Origin: Patescibacteria group bacterium
GTDB lineage: Bacteria; Patescibacteriota; Patescibacteriia; UBA1558; UBA10009
Length of the DNA stretch: 64,000 nucleotides
Direction: 5' to 3'
Assembly: GCA_041662565.1 (NCBI GenBank)
Contig: JBAZSE010000005.1
Coordinates: forward strand, 402-64,401
The translations under genes and the position numbers were made by a program. Shown piece by piece: positions 41,637 through 50,034 of this stretch (its first letter is position 1; every line of letters starts with the position of its first letter). The notes beneath the pieces were generated by a model. The model ran no database searches. It worked only from the letters and a program-made list of their open reading frames with translations, and was not told the origin of the DNA.

Positions 41637-42110
41637 ATGCCAAAACGAGAAGATTACATTTCCTGGGATGAATGTTTTATGCAAATGGCCCATTTGATCG
41701 CCATGAGATCCAAGGATCCATCATCCCAAGTAGGGGCAGTGATTGTTGATGATCAAAATGTTATTGTGGGTATGGGCTATAATGGCTGGCCTAGGGGCAT
41801 AAAAGATGATGAATTGCCGTGGGATCGGTCTGGCGGTTTTTTGGGATCAAAGTACGCCTTTGTTGTTCATGCGGAAGAAAACGCCGTTTATAACGCCAAT
41901 AAAGAAGTTAAAGGTTGTAAAGTTTATTGCACGCTTTTTCCTTGTAATGAATGTGCCAAAACTTTAATTCAAAACAACATTAAAGAGATAGTTTATTCTT
42001 CCGATAAGTATCATGATGAAGAAATTTGGATCGCCTCCAGAAAATTACTGGATTTAGCCGGAGTTAAGTATCAAAAGTACTCGCCTAAATTTAAATTAAA
42101 ATTAGAATGA
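41637..42110 (+). CDS. dCMP deaminase
   Basis: SWDE.FM, RSKDP, GYNG, HAEENA, PC.EC; promoter TTGCCC-N17-TAGAAT at 41581-41609. Confidence 0.93.
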   Translation: MPKREDYISWDECFMQMAHLIAMRSKDPSSQVGAVIVDDQNVIVGMGYNGWPRGIKDDELPWDRSGGFLGSKYAFVVHAEENAVYNANKEVKGCKVYCTLFPCNECAKTLIQNNIKEIVYSSDKYHDEEIWIASRKLLDLAGVKYQKYSPKFKLKLE

Positions 42111-42670
42111 CTAAAAAAATAATTTTGGGTTTTGTTGGAAAATTAGCTAGTGGTAAAGGCACGATCGCTAAATATCTCTCCGAGCATCATCAAGCGGAGG
42201 TTTTAATGTTTTCCCAACCCCTCCGCGATGTGCTTGATCGTTTTTATTTGCCCCAAACCAGGGGTAACATGCAGGGCGTTTCCAAAAGTTTGCGCGAGGC
42301 ATTGGGCCAGGATGTGATTGCCAAAGTTATTGCCGAGGATGCCAAAAAATCAGCGGCAAGTTTGTTGGCAGTTGACGGAGTAAGGCGCCCGATGGATATT
42401 GTTTTTTTAAGAGAATTGCCCGGTTTTTATTTAATCAAAGTGGAAACCGATCAAAAGATTCGCTACACCCGCATGACCAAGCGCGGGCAAAACCCTGATG
42501 ATCATACAACCACTTTTGAGGAATTTCAAAAAAAAGATATTGCCGAAGCCGAAAGTTTGATTGATGAAGTGGCCAAAGATGCCAAGTTTGCTATTGATAA
42601 TAACGGAACTTTTGAAGAATTATATAAACAGCTTGAAGAAATTTTAATCAATATCCAAAGTGAAAGTTAA
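42107..42670 (+). CDS. P-loop nucleotide kinase (UPF0200/dephospho-CoA/dNMP kinase-like)
   Basis: GKLASGKGT Walker A, VDGVR, R..R..KRG lid, IDNNG. Confidence 0.8.
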   Translation: MTKKIILGFVGKLASGKGTIAKYLSEHHQAEVLMFSQPLRDVLDRFYLPQTRGNMQGVSKSLREALGQDVIAKVIAEDAKKSAASLLAVDGVRRPMDIVFLRELPGFYLIKVETDQKIRYTRMTKRGQNPDDHTTTFEEFQKKDIAEAESLIDEVAKDAKFAIDNNGTFEELYKQLEEILINIQSES

Positions 42671-43082
42671 AATAAAAAAATTAAATCTTGCTGCCAAACT
42701 GCCTACCTATGCCAACCCGGGTGATGCCGGATTGGATTTGTATTCTTTGGAAGATTATCTACTGACGCCGGGGGAGAGGCATAATTTTTTTGTCGGCTTT
42801 GCTTTGGAATTCTCCAATGGCTTTGTGGCCATAGTTAAGGATAAAAGCGGTTTGCCTAAAAATTTTGGTTTGCATGTGTTGGGCGGGGTGTTTGATGCTC
42901 CTTATCGCGGAGAATACAATGTTACTATGGTAAATTTGGGCCAAGAGGCCTATCAAATTAAAACAGGCGATAAGATTGCCCAATTGCTGATCATACCTTG
43001 TGAGCGGGCTGAATTTGAAGAAACAGAGGAATTATCGGGCACAGTTAGGGGAGAGGGTAGGTTTGGGTCGAGTGGAAGATAA
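42660..43082 (+). CDS. dut: dUTPase (trimeric)
   Basis: AGLDL, KSG, GVFD..YRGE, GDKIAQL, RGEGRFGSSG. Confidence 0.95.
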   Translation: MKVKIKKLNLAAKLPTYANPGDAGLDLYSLEDYLLTPGERHNFFVGFALEFSNGFVAIVKDKSGLPKNFGLHVLGGVFDAPYRGEYNVTMVNLGQEAYQIKTGDKIAQLLIIPCERAEFEETEELSGTVRGEGRFGSSGR

Positions 43083-43101
43083 TATGAAACATTAATTCCC
43101 T

Positions 43102-43130
43102 AAAATCCTTTAAAGTTTAAGGATTTTTTT
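43102..43130. terminator. Terminator between convergent dut and folA
   Basis: AAAATCCTT...AAGGATTTTTT. Confidence 0.65.
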
Positions 43131-43141
43131 ATTTTTTAATT

Positions 43142-43648
43142 TTATTTTTGATAAATGCAGAAGCGGAATTTGATGTCGTTTTCTTCGTTAATTTCACTTG
43201 TTTCAATTTTTTTAAAGTCAGTTGGAATTTTTGGAAAAAAAGCATCGCATTCAAATATGCCCTCAACTTCGGTCAAATATATTTTATGACAAGCGGGATG
43301 AGTAATTGAAAAAGCATATAACATGCCGCCGCCGATAATAAATACTTCTTCTGGATTTTTTTGTCCCAAATAATTAAGAGCTTCATCCAATGATTGGAAA
43401 TTTAAAACCTCGGAAGGCAAATCGTCGTACTTTTCTTTGGATAAAACAATATTCAATCTATCGCGCAAAGGGCGATATTTTTCCGGCAAAGATTTCCAGG
43501 TATTTAAGCCCATTATTACGACATTGTTTTTATTACCAATAGTAATAGAGCTGAAATGTTTTAAATCAGTTTTTAAATCCCAGGGTAGGCGATTGTTGAT
43601 GCCAATGCCCAGCTTTTCGTCAGCGGCAGCAATGATAGAAAAATTCAT
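43142..43648 (-). CDS. folA: Dihydrofolate reductase
   Basis: GIG..N.LPW, VIMG..TW.S, RPL..R.NIVLS, IIGGG, DAFFP. Confidence 0.96.
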   Translation of the reverse strand: MNFSIIAAADEKLGIGINNRLPWDLKTDLKHFSSITIGNKNNVVIMGLNTWKSLPEKYRPLRDRLNIVLSKEKYDDLPSEVLNFQSLDEALNYLGQKNPEEVFIIGGGMLYAFSITHPACHKIYLTEVEGIFECDAFFPKIPTDFKKIETSEINEENDIKFRFCIYQK

Positions 43649-43663
43649 AGTTATTATGAGTTA

Positions 43664-43743
43664 CGAGGCCTTGCAAGTAAAAATTTATTTGCGGGACGCT
43701 CGATTACTCGCGAAAGCAAATAAATTTTTCTTGCTCGGCCTCG
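43664..43743. repeat. Short fold-back element with arms like the A-E family
   Basis: CGAGGCC.TGCAAG.AAAAATTTATTTGC / GCAAATAAATTTTTCTTGC..GGCCTCG. Confidence 0.75.
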
Positions 43744-43746
43744 CTA

Positions 43747-44559
43747 TTAAATAGCTATCGGGGCTTTAATGCCCGGATCAGGATTATAATTTTCTAAAGT
43801 AAAATCTTCAAACTTAAAATCAAAAATATTTTTAATTTCCGGATTGATTTTCATAGTTGGCAATGCCTTTGGCGTTCTGGATAGCTGTAATTTGACCTGG
43901 TCCAGATGATTGCTGTAAATATGCACGTCGCCAAAAGTATGCACAAAATCACCAAGTTCTTTGTTAGTTACTTGCGCCATCATCATAGTTAATAAAGCGT
44001 ATGAAGCAATGTTAAAAGGTACGCCCAAAAATACATCGGCACTACGCTGGTATAATTGGCAGGATAATTTATTGTTGGCCACATAAAATTGGAACATGGT
44101 GTGGCAAGGAGGGGGAGCGGTTTTTTTGCCGCTAATCAATTGCTGCAAATCAGCCACATTCCAGCCCGAAACAATCAATCTGCGGTCATTGGGATTCTTT
44201 TTGATCCTTTCCACTACATCGGCAATTTGGTTGATTTTTAGGCCATCTTTGCCTTCCCAGGCAGTCCATTGTTTGCCATAAATCGGGCCAAGATCGCCAT
44301 TTTCATCAGCCCATTCATCCCAAATGCCCACACCGTTATCATTTAGGTATTGAATATTGGTATCGCCGCGCAAAAACCACAGCAATTCATAAATAATTGA
44401 TTTTAAATGGACTTTTTTGGTGGTCATTAGTGGAAAACCCTCGGCTAAATTATAGCGCCGTTGCGCGCCAAATAGGGAAATGGTGCCCGTACCTGTGCGG
44501 TCGGCCTTTTCCACGCCTTTCTCCAAAATTTCCTGCAATAAAGAAAGGTATTGTTGCAT
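43747..44559 (-). CDS. thyA: Thymidylate synthase
   Basis: [37 protein letters not shown]. Confidence 0.98.
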   Translation of the reverse strand: MQQYLSLLQEILEKGVEKADRTGTGTISLFGAQRRYNLAEGFPLMTTKKVHLKSIIYELLWFLRGDTNIQYLNDNGVGIWDEWADENGDLGPIYGKQWTAWEGKDGLKINQIADVVERIKKNPNDRRLIVSGWNVADLQQLISGKKTAPPPCHTMFQFYVANNKLSCQLYQRSADVFLGVPFNIASYALLTMMMAQVTNKELGDFVHTFGDVHIYSNHLDQVKLQLSRTPKALPTMKINPEIKNIFDFKFEDFTLENYNPDPGIKAPIAI

Positions 44560-44687
44560 AAACAATATGTATTTATAAAATTAGATATTAAGAGACAGAT
44601 AAAATCTGCCCTAGCTTTTAGTATATGGGAAATTTTAAAAATTGTAAAATGCTTGCATTTAAGGTAAAATAATAGCATACATCGCTT

Positions 44688-45293
44688 ATGAAAGAAGGTT
44701 TATTCATCGTTATTTACGGCATTAATAACCTGGGCAAATCAACTCAGGCCGAGTTTTTGGTGGAGTCGTTTGATAAAGCGGGTTTACCGGCGCAATATCT
44801 AAAATATCCCGTTTATGAACTTGCCCCAACCGGCCCTAAAATAAATCAGGTTTTAAGGGGAGAAAATGGCCAGCAAATGTCCGAGGAAGAACTGCAGGCA
44901 ATGTACACTCAAAACAGGCGTGATTTTCAACCCCAGCTCATTAAACTTATTGCCGAAGGAATAAATGTTGTAGCCGAAGATTATATTGGCACCGGTTTGG
45001 CTTGGGGCAGTGCCAAGGGCGCTGATTTGGAAAAATTAATTGCCAGCAATAAGGGTTTACTAAAACCGGATATAGAAATTTTGCTTGACGGCGAAAGATT
45101 TATTCAAGCCAAAGAAGTTGGTCATTTGCATGAATCAAATGATGAGTTGGTGGAAAGGTGTCGAAATATTCATTTGGAATTGGCTGCCAAGTTTGGTTGG
45201 GCAATTGTTGATGCCAATCAAAAAGTAGAAGAAGTTCATGAAGATATTTTGAAAGCAATAGAGAAAAAAATAAAAGAATTAAATACTATTTAA
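44688..45293 (+). CDS. tmk: Thymidylate kinase-like protein
   Basis: GLFIVI.G.N..GKSTQ, KYP, KPD, HE; deviant P-loop and EDY in place of DRY; next to thyA. Confidence 0.75.
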   Translation: MKEGLFIVIYGINNLGKSTQAEFLVESFDKAGLPAQYLKYPVYELAPTGPKINQVLRGENGQQMSEEELQAMYTQNRRDFQPQLIKLIAEGINVVAEDYIGTGLAWGSAKGADLEKLIASNKGLLKPDIEILLDGERFIQAKEVGHLHESNDELVERCRNIHLELAAKFGWAIVDANQKVEEVHEDILKAIEKKIKELNTI

Positions 45294-45350
45294 TTTTAAT
45301 AAATTAATTTCACAATGCAGGGCTTTACTCGCTTTGTGGCAAGAAAACAT

Positions 45351-46154
45351 ATGAGAAAAATTTTTCTCTTGTTGGCTTTGTTGGCTACGGCTATCTGGCC
45401 AGCCGGCAGTGTTATGGCCTGGAGTAATCCCAGCCACCCTTTTATGGTGGATAAAGCCGCCATTATTTTACAAAAAGATTTGGCAGCGTATATTAAAAAG
45501 TATCCTGATTTTAACAAGTATTTAAACACCTATCTGCCAAAAATTAAACAAGGTGCATCCGATGCCGATGCTTTTTCCACTACTGTTGGCAAAGAGGTTT
45601 ATAAATTTAAGGTCTTAGGCAAAAGTTATGAAATTTACATGCCAACCAGTGAACATTATTATGATGTGGCAACCGGCAAAGGAGCTTTAAAATATTTTAG
45701 ATCAGCCAGGCAAAAAGCCGATGAATATTATGCAACTGCCAAACAGAAATTTACCGAAAAAAAATATGATGACGCCTTTTTGTTTTTAGGCAGAGCAATT
45801 CATATGGTTCAGGATACTACCAATCCGCACCACACTCAAATCGGCGCCAGTGCCATTCTTAACTGGGAGGGTTTTTCCAATCACGCTTTTTCCAACCGGG
45901 AAAAATACAGCGTTGCTTCGGGCGGGATTTATACCGAGCCCAATATAGGCACCATGGTCCACAATAACGCCAATCTTTGCTCGGGTTATTTTAAGTATGT
46001 TGATGGCTTAAACAGATTGATTAAATGGATTAATTGGCCGGTTGATGATGATTATCCCAAGGCCGGTAACGCCTGTTTTTCCAGAGGCGAAAAAACAACA
46101 GCTGGTGCTGTTTACATGTTTTTAAAGGATGTTCTTAAGTTGCCAGCCAAGTAA
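45351..46154 (+). CDS. Secreted zinc-dependent phospholipase C / P1-nuclease fold protein
   Basis: Signal peptide ending VMA|W, mature W....H, D.D, HYYD, LG.AIH..QD..PHH. Confidence 0.8.
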   Translation: MRKIFLLLALLATAIWPAGSVMAWSNPSHPFMVDKAAIILQKDLAAYIKKYPDFNKYLNTYLPKIKQGASDADAFSTTVGKEVYKFKVLGKSYEIYMPTSEHYYDVATGKGALKYFRSARQKADEYYATAKQKFTEKKYDDAFLFLGRAIHMVQDTTNPHHTQIGASAILNWEGFSNHAFSNREKYSVASGGIYTEPNIGTMVHNNANLCSGYFKYVDGLNRLIKWINWPVDDDYPKAGNACFSRGEKTTAGAVYMFLKDVLKLPAK

Positions 46155-46223
46155 ATATATCATATGATTACATATAAACTCCTCGGCTCGTCGAGCTAAG
46201 CTCGATCTCGCCTTACGTCGTTT

Positions 46224-47726
46224 ATGAATCTAGAAACAATTATCGGCCTAGAAATACACATTCAACTTAAAACTAAGTCGAAAATGTTTTGTAGTTGTTC
46301 CAATGTAGGCGAGAACCAACCGCCTAACACCACGGTTTGTCAGATTTGTTTGGGGCACCCCGGTACTTTGCCTTTTGCAAATCAGGAAGCAATTACCATG
46401 GGCGCCATGCTGGCCTTGGCTTTGGATGGCAAAATTAACCCTGTTTCAATTTGGGCCAGGAAAAATTATTTTTATCCGGATTTGCCCAAAGGTTATCAAA
46501 TTTCCCAGTTTGATAAACCCTTGTCCACAGAAGGCCATTTAACCATTCATGTTTTAGGTGAAGAAAAACGAATTAATATTGAACGTTTGCATTTGGAAGA
46601 AGACGCGGCTAAAAATTTTCATTCTCCTGAAGCTACTCTAATTGATTATAATCGGGCCGGCACGCCTTTGGCAGAAATTGTTACCAAGCCGGATTTTCGG
46701 TCACCTTTGGAAGCCAAGATTTTTTTAACGCAATTGCGATTGTTGGCACGTTATTTGCATGTTTCCGATGCCGATATGGAAAAAGGGCATTTACGATGTG
46801 ATGCCAATATTTCACTCAAGCAAGTGGGCGAAGAAAAATTGCATCCCAAAACAGAAATTAAAAATTTGAACTCATTTAGGTCGGTCGAACGGGCTTTGGA
46901 ATATGAAATGAAAAGGCAATTGGAATTATGGCAGCTGGGTACGCCGCCAAGTAAAGAAACAACCAGGGGCTGGGATGAAAATAAATTAATTACCGTAGAA
47001 CAGCGTTCTAAGGAAGATTCGGCCGATTACCGTTACTTTCCGGAACCGGATTTGCCGCCTTTGGTTTTTTCGGAGGCACAAGTTACCGAAATTAAAAATA
47101 GCTTGCCCGAATTGCCAAAAGCCAAGATTTTAAGATTCATTAAAGAATATCAGCTTAATGCCACCGATGCCATTACTCTGGTTGATGATGAAACCGTAGC
47201 CGATTATTTTGAAAAAGTAATGACCGAAGCAAGGGGCTGGCTGGAAGCAAGCGGCGACCCGATAGGCACTAGCGAAGAAATTTGGGAACTTAATAAAAAA
47301 AGGTTAACCAAATTGGTTTCCGGCTGGCTGTTATCGGAATTATTTAAATTGATGAATGAAGCCAAAACAACGATTTATGATTTAAAAATTACGCCGGAAA
47401 ATTTTGCCGAATTTATCGCCCTTATTTATGAAAGGAAAGTAAACAGTACCACAGCCCAAGCTGTTTTAAGAAAGATGTTTGTTACCGGCGCGGATCCTAG
47501 CCACATTATTGAAGAAGAGGATTTGGGCCAGATAAGCGATGAGCCGGCTTTAATCCAAGCGGTGGAAAAAATTATTGCCGGAAATTTAGAACAAGTAGCA
47601 GAGTACCGCCAAGGCAAAACGCCGTTACTTAAATATTTTATCGGCTTGAGCATGAAAGAAATGAAAGGTAAAGCCGATCCCGAAAAATTAGCCGAACTAT
47701 TTAAGAGTAAACTGGACGATGTTTAA
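46224..47726 (+). CDS. gatB: Asp/Glu-tRNA amidotransferase subunit B
   Basis: IGLEIH, RKNYFYPDLPKGYQISQ, HLEEDA, DYRYFPEPDLPP. Confidence 0.98.
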   Translation: MNLETIIGLEIHIQLKTKSKMFCSCSNVGENQPPNTTVCQICLGHPGTLPFANQEAITMGAMLALALDGKINPVSIWARKNYFYPDLPKGYQISQFDKPLSTEGHLTIHVLGEEKRINIERLHLEEDAAKNFHSPEATLIDYNRAGTPLAEIVTKPDFRSPLEAKIFLTQLRLLARYLHVSDADMEKGHLRCDANISLKQVGEEKLHPKTEIKNLNSFRSVERALEYEMKRQLELWQLGTPPSKETTRGWDENKLITVEQRSKEDSADYRYFPEPDLPPLVFSEAQVTEIKNSLPELPKAKILRFIKEYQLNATDAITLVDDETVADYFEKVMTEARGWLEASGDPIGTSEEIWELNKKRLTKLVSGWLLSELFKLMNEAKTTIYDLKITPENFAEFIALIYERKVNSTTAQAVLRKMFVTGADPSHIIEEEDLGQISDEPALIQAVEKIIAGNLEQVAEYRQGKTPLLKYFIGLSMKEMKGKADPEKLAELFKSKLDDV

Positions 47727-48489
47727 AAAATTTTTTGTTATTGCAATAAAACCGGCTTTGGTTTTGTTTTTGTTATCTTTTATTTTTTTTGGACAGCAGG
47801 CGTTGGCTCAAACCATGGATAGCGATAACGACGGTTTAACCGATGATCAAGAGATTAATATTTATCATACCGATCCTTTTAGATCCGATACCGATAAAGA
47901 CAGTTATTTTGATAAAGCGGAATTGGACAAAGGTTTTTCACCGCATCGGCCAGGGTATAAATTAAGCCAGTTGGATTGGGATAAAGATGGTTTGTCGGAT
48001 GAATTGGAGCTAAAATTTGGCACTGATTTAAAAAATTCCGATAGCGATGCAGACGGTTATACGGATGGCGATGAAGTAAAAAAGGGATTTAATCCCAAAA
48101 GCTCTGATAAAACCAAGCTGTTTAAAAAAATAGAAATTAATTTGGCCAAACAGGAATTAAACTATTATTTGGGCTCTGTAAGTTTAGCTACTTTTAAAGT
48201 ATCTTCCGGCAAACCGGGCTGGGATACGCCAAAGGGTAATTTTAAGATAGAAATCAAAACACCTTTAGCTTGGTCTAAAGCCGCCGGCTTGTGGATGCCT
48301 TATTGGATGGCTTTTGTGCCAACCGGAAAATTCGGCCTGCATGAACTGCCTTATTGGCCAAATGGTTATAGGGAAGGGGAGAACCATTTGGGTATGCCGG
48401 CTTCGCATGGCTGTGTTAGATTGGGCATTGGCTTTGCTAAAATTTTATATGATTGGGCAGAAATTGGTACGCCAGTGATGATTTATTGA
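47719..48489 (+). CDS. L,D-transpeptidase (YkuD) with Ca-binding DxDxDG repeats
   Basis: Signal peptide, DSDNDGLTD-type repeats, TP.G, GLH, SHGCVRL. Confidence 0.92.
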   Translation: MFKKFFVIAIKPALVLFLLSFIFFGQQALAQTMDSDNDGLTDDQEINIYHTDPFRSDTDKDSYFDKAELDKGFSPHRPGYKLSQLDWDKDGLSDELELKFGTDLKNSDSDADGYTDGDEVKKGFNPKSSDKTKLFKKIEINLAKQELNYYLGSVSLATFKVSSGKPGWDTPKGNFKIEIKTPLAWSKAAGLWMPYWMAFVPTGKFGLHELPYWPNGYREGENHLGMPASHGCVRLGIGFAKILYDWAEIGTPVMIY

Positions 48490-48499
48490 ATCAGACGGC

Positions 48500-48656
48500 G
48501 CTAACGTAAAAATAAAAAAATTTGTAGCCGAGGACCGTTTAAGCCTTATCAAACGTGGCTTGAGAAAATTCAGAACGGCGGGGATAACTTAAATGAAAAA
48601 ATCGCAATTGATTGGCGCGTTCCGCAGGCAAGAATTTTTTTATTTTTACGATTAGC
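48500..48656. repeat. Fold-back element with AT-rich arms and unrelated interior
   Basis: GCTAACGTAAAAATAAAAAAATT / AATTTTTTTATTTTTACGATTAGC. Confidence 0.7.
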
Positions 48657-48726
48657 TATACCTAATTTAACGATGTGTGGCGCTTAGCGCCACAACCCCA
48701 GCGCTAAGCGCTGTGGATAAATACTA

Positions 48727-48755
48727 TTGACGGTCAATTTTTGAAAGAGTATTAT
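48727..48755 (+). promoter_or_regulatory. sigma70 promoter flanked by two DnaA-box-like 9-mers
   Basis: TTGACG-N17-TATTAT; TGTGGATAA 48712-48720 and TTATCCACA 48755-48763. Confidence 0.65.
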
Positions 48756-48765
48756 TATCCACAGT

Positions 48766-48870
48766 ATGTTAAAACAAAACTTTAAATGGAAAGATAGGTT
48801 GAGCGTTACTCCAGGTTTAAGTTTTTCAAATTTTATCAATTACACCCGTCAATAAGACGGGTGTTTTTTT
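48766..48870 (+). promoter_or_regulatory. Putative leader peptide (29 aa, 48766-48855) plus attenuator terminator
   Basis: MLKQNFKWKDRLSVTPGLSFSNFINYTRQ; stop codon in loop of ACACCCGTC/GACGGGTGT-TTTTTT. Confidence 0.6.
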
Positions 48871-48898
48871 AACTTAATTATTAACTAAGCTTTAATTT

Positions 48899-49891
48899 AT
48901 GCACAAAAATGTTCTCCTGATTTCGGAGATTTTAAAAGCCGGCAGAGCAACGCTGGAAAATCGCGGTTTTATCGAGGTGGTTACCCCAAGAGTAGTAAGG
49001 GCAACAGGCGCCTGCGAAAACGTCAACACTTTGTTTGAAGTTTCTGTTGGCCAGGATTTTAAGTGGTTTGGTTCAAGTAGTTATTTGGCTCAAACAGGTC
49101 AGTTGTATTTGGAGGCCTTGGTGCCGGAATATAAAAAGGTTTATTGTTCCGGACCTTCATTTAGAGCCGAAGCCACAGTTGATGCCAGGCATTTAACCGA
49201 GTTTTTGATGATGGAAATTGAATTTGCCGGCGGTTTTGACCAATTGTTGATGGAAATTGAGGCCTTTGTTTCGGGTATTGCCAAAACGCTTGTAAACATC
49301 AGCCAAACGCAGGATTTGGGCTTAGGCGAGGAGAATTTAAAACGGCTAGCCACTTGCCCGGATGTTTTTACTAAATTAACTTATGATCAAGCCATTATTA
49401 AGTTGCAGGAATTAGGCGAATCAATTGCCTGGGGCGATGATATTAATTCGGCTAGAGAAAAGATTTTAGTGGAAAGCTTCGGCAACCAGCCAATGTTTAT
49501 TACCCGCTATCCCGATCCAATGGTGGATCATGGCAAAGAAATTGAAGTGGAAAAGTTTTTTAACATGTTGCCTGATGCCGAAAATCCCGGCCGAGTGCTT
49601 TCTAGCGATTTGATTTTGCCGTTTGCCGGTGAAGCGGTTGGATCGGCGGCTCGCGTTCATATTGCCGAAGAAATGGTTAGAAGATTGGAACATTCCAAAA
49701 TGTTTAAACGCTTGGAAGAAATGGGTGGCAGTTTAGCGGACTTTTCCTGGTATATTGATCGCCTTAAAGAAGGTAGCGTGCCCCATGCCGGCTGTGGTTT
49801 TGGCATGTCGCGCATTATCCAGTGGATTATGGGTACCAGAGACATTAGAGAAGCCGTTACCTTCCCATCAAACAAGGGGGGAATTATTTAG
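48899..49891 (+). CDS. AsnRS/AspRS catalytic-domain paralogue lacking anticodon-binding domain (possible asparagine synthetase)
   Basis: F.EV.TP, YLAQTGQLYLE, GPSFRAE...RHLTEF, PHAGCGFGMSR; only 330 aa, no N-terminal OB fold. Confidence 0.8.
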   Translation: MHKNVLLISEILKAGRATLENRGFIEVVTPRVVRATGACENVNTLFEVSVGQDFKWFGSSSYLAQTGQLYLEALVPEYKKVYCSGPSFRAEATVDARHLTEFLMMEIEFAGGFDQLLMEIEAFVSGIAKTLVNISQTQDLGLGEENLKRLATCPDVFTKLTYDQAIIKLQELGESIAWGDDINSAREKILVESFGNQPMFITRYPDPMVDHGKEIEVEKFFNMLPDAENPGRVLSSDLILPFAGEAVGSAARVHIAEEMVRRLEHSKMFKRLEEMGGSLADFSWYIDRLKEGSVPHAGCGFGMSRIIQWIMGTRDIREAVTFPSNKGGII

Positions 49892-49920
49892 AACAGTTTT
49901 TAGCTGGTTAGTTTGAATTA

Positions 49921-49955
49921 AAAAAGCCCAGCCCTTTTTAAAGGGTTGGGCTTTT
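49921..49955. terminator. Intrinsic terminator
   Basis: AAAAGCCCAGCCCTTT/AAAGGGTTGGGCTTTT. Confidence 0.8.
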
Positions 49956-50034
49956 AATTAATATATTTGAATTTGTATTTTAGACCTGAATTTGCTATTA
50001 TTACTCTAAATTTAGAGGTTATCGGTAAGAGCAC

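Noticed and set aside
48712-48763. Replication origin from DnaA-box-like 9-mers (also 39413-39421)
   Set aside because: Only two or three scattered boxes, no dnaA/dnaN or clear unwinding element; at most promoter-associated
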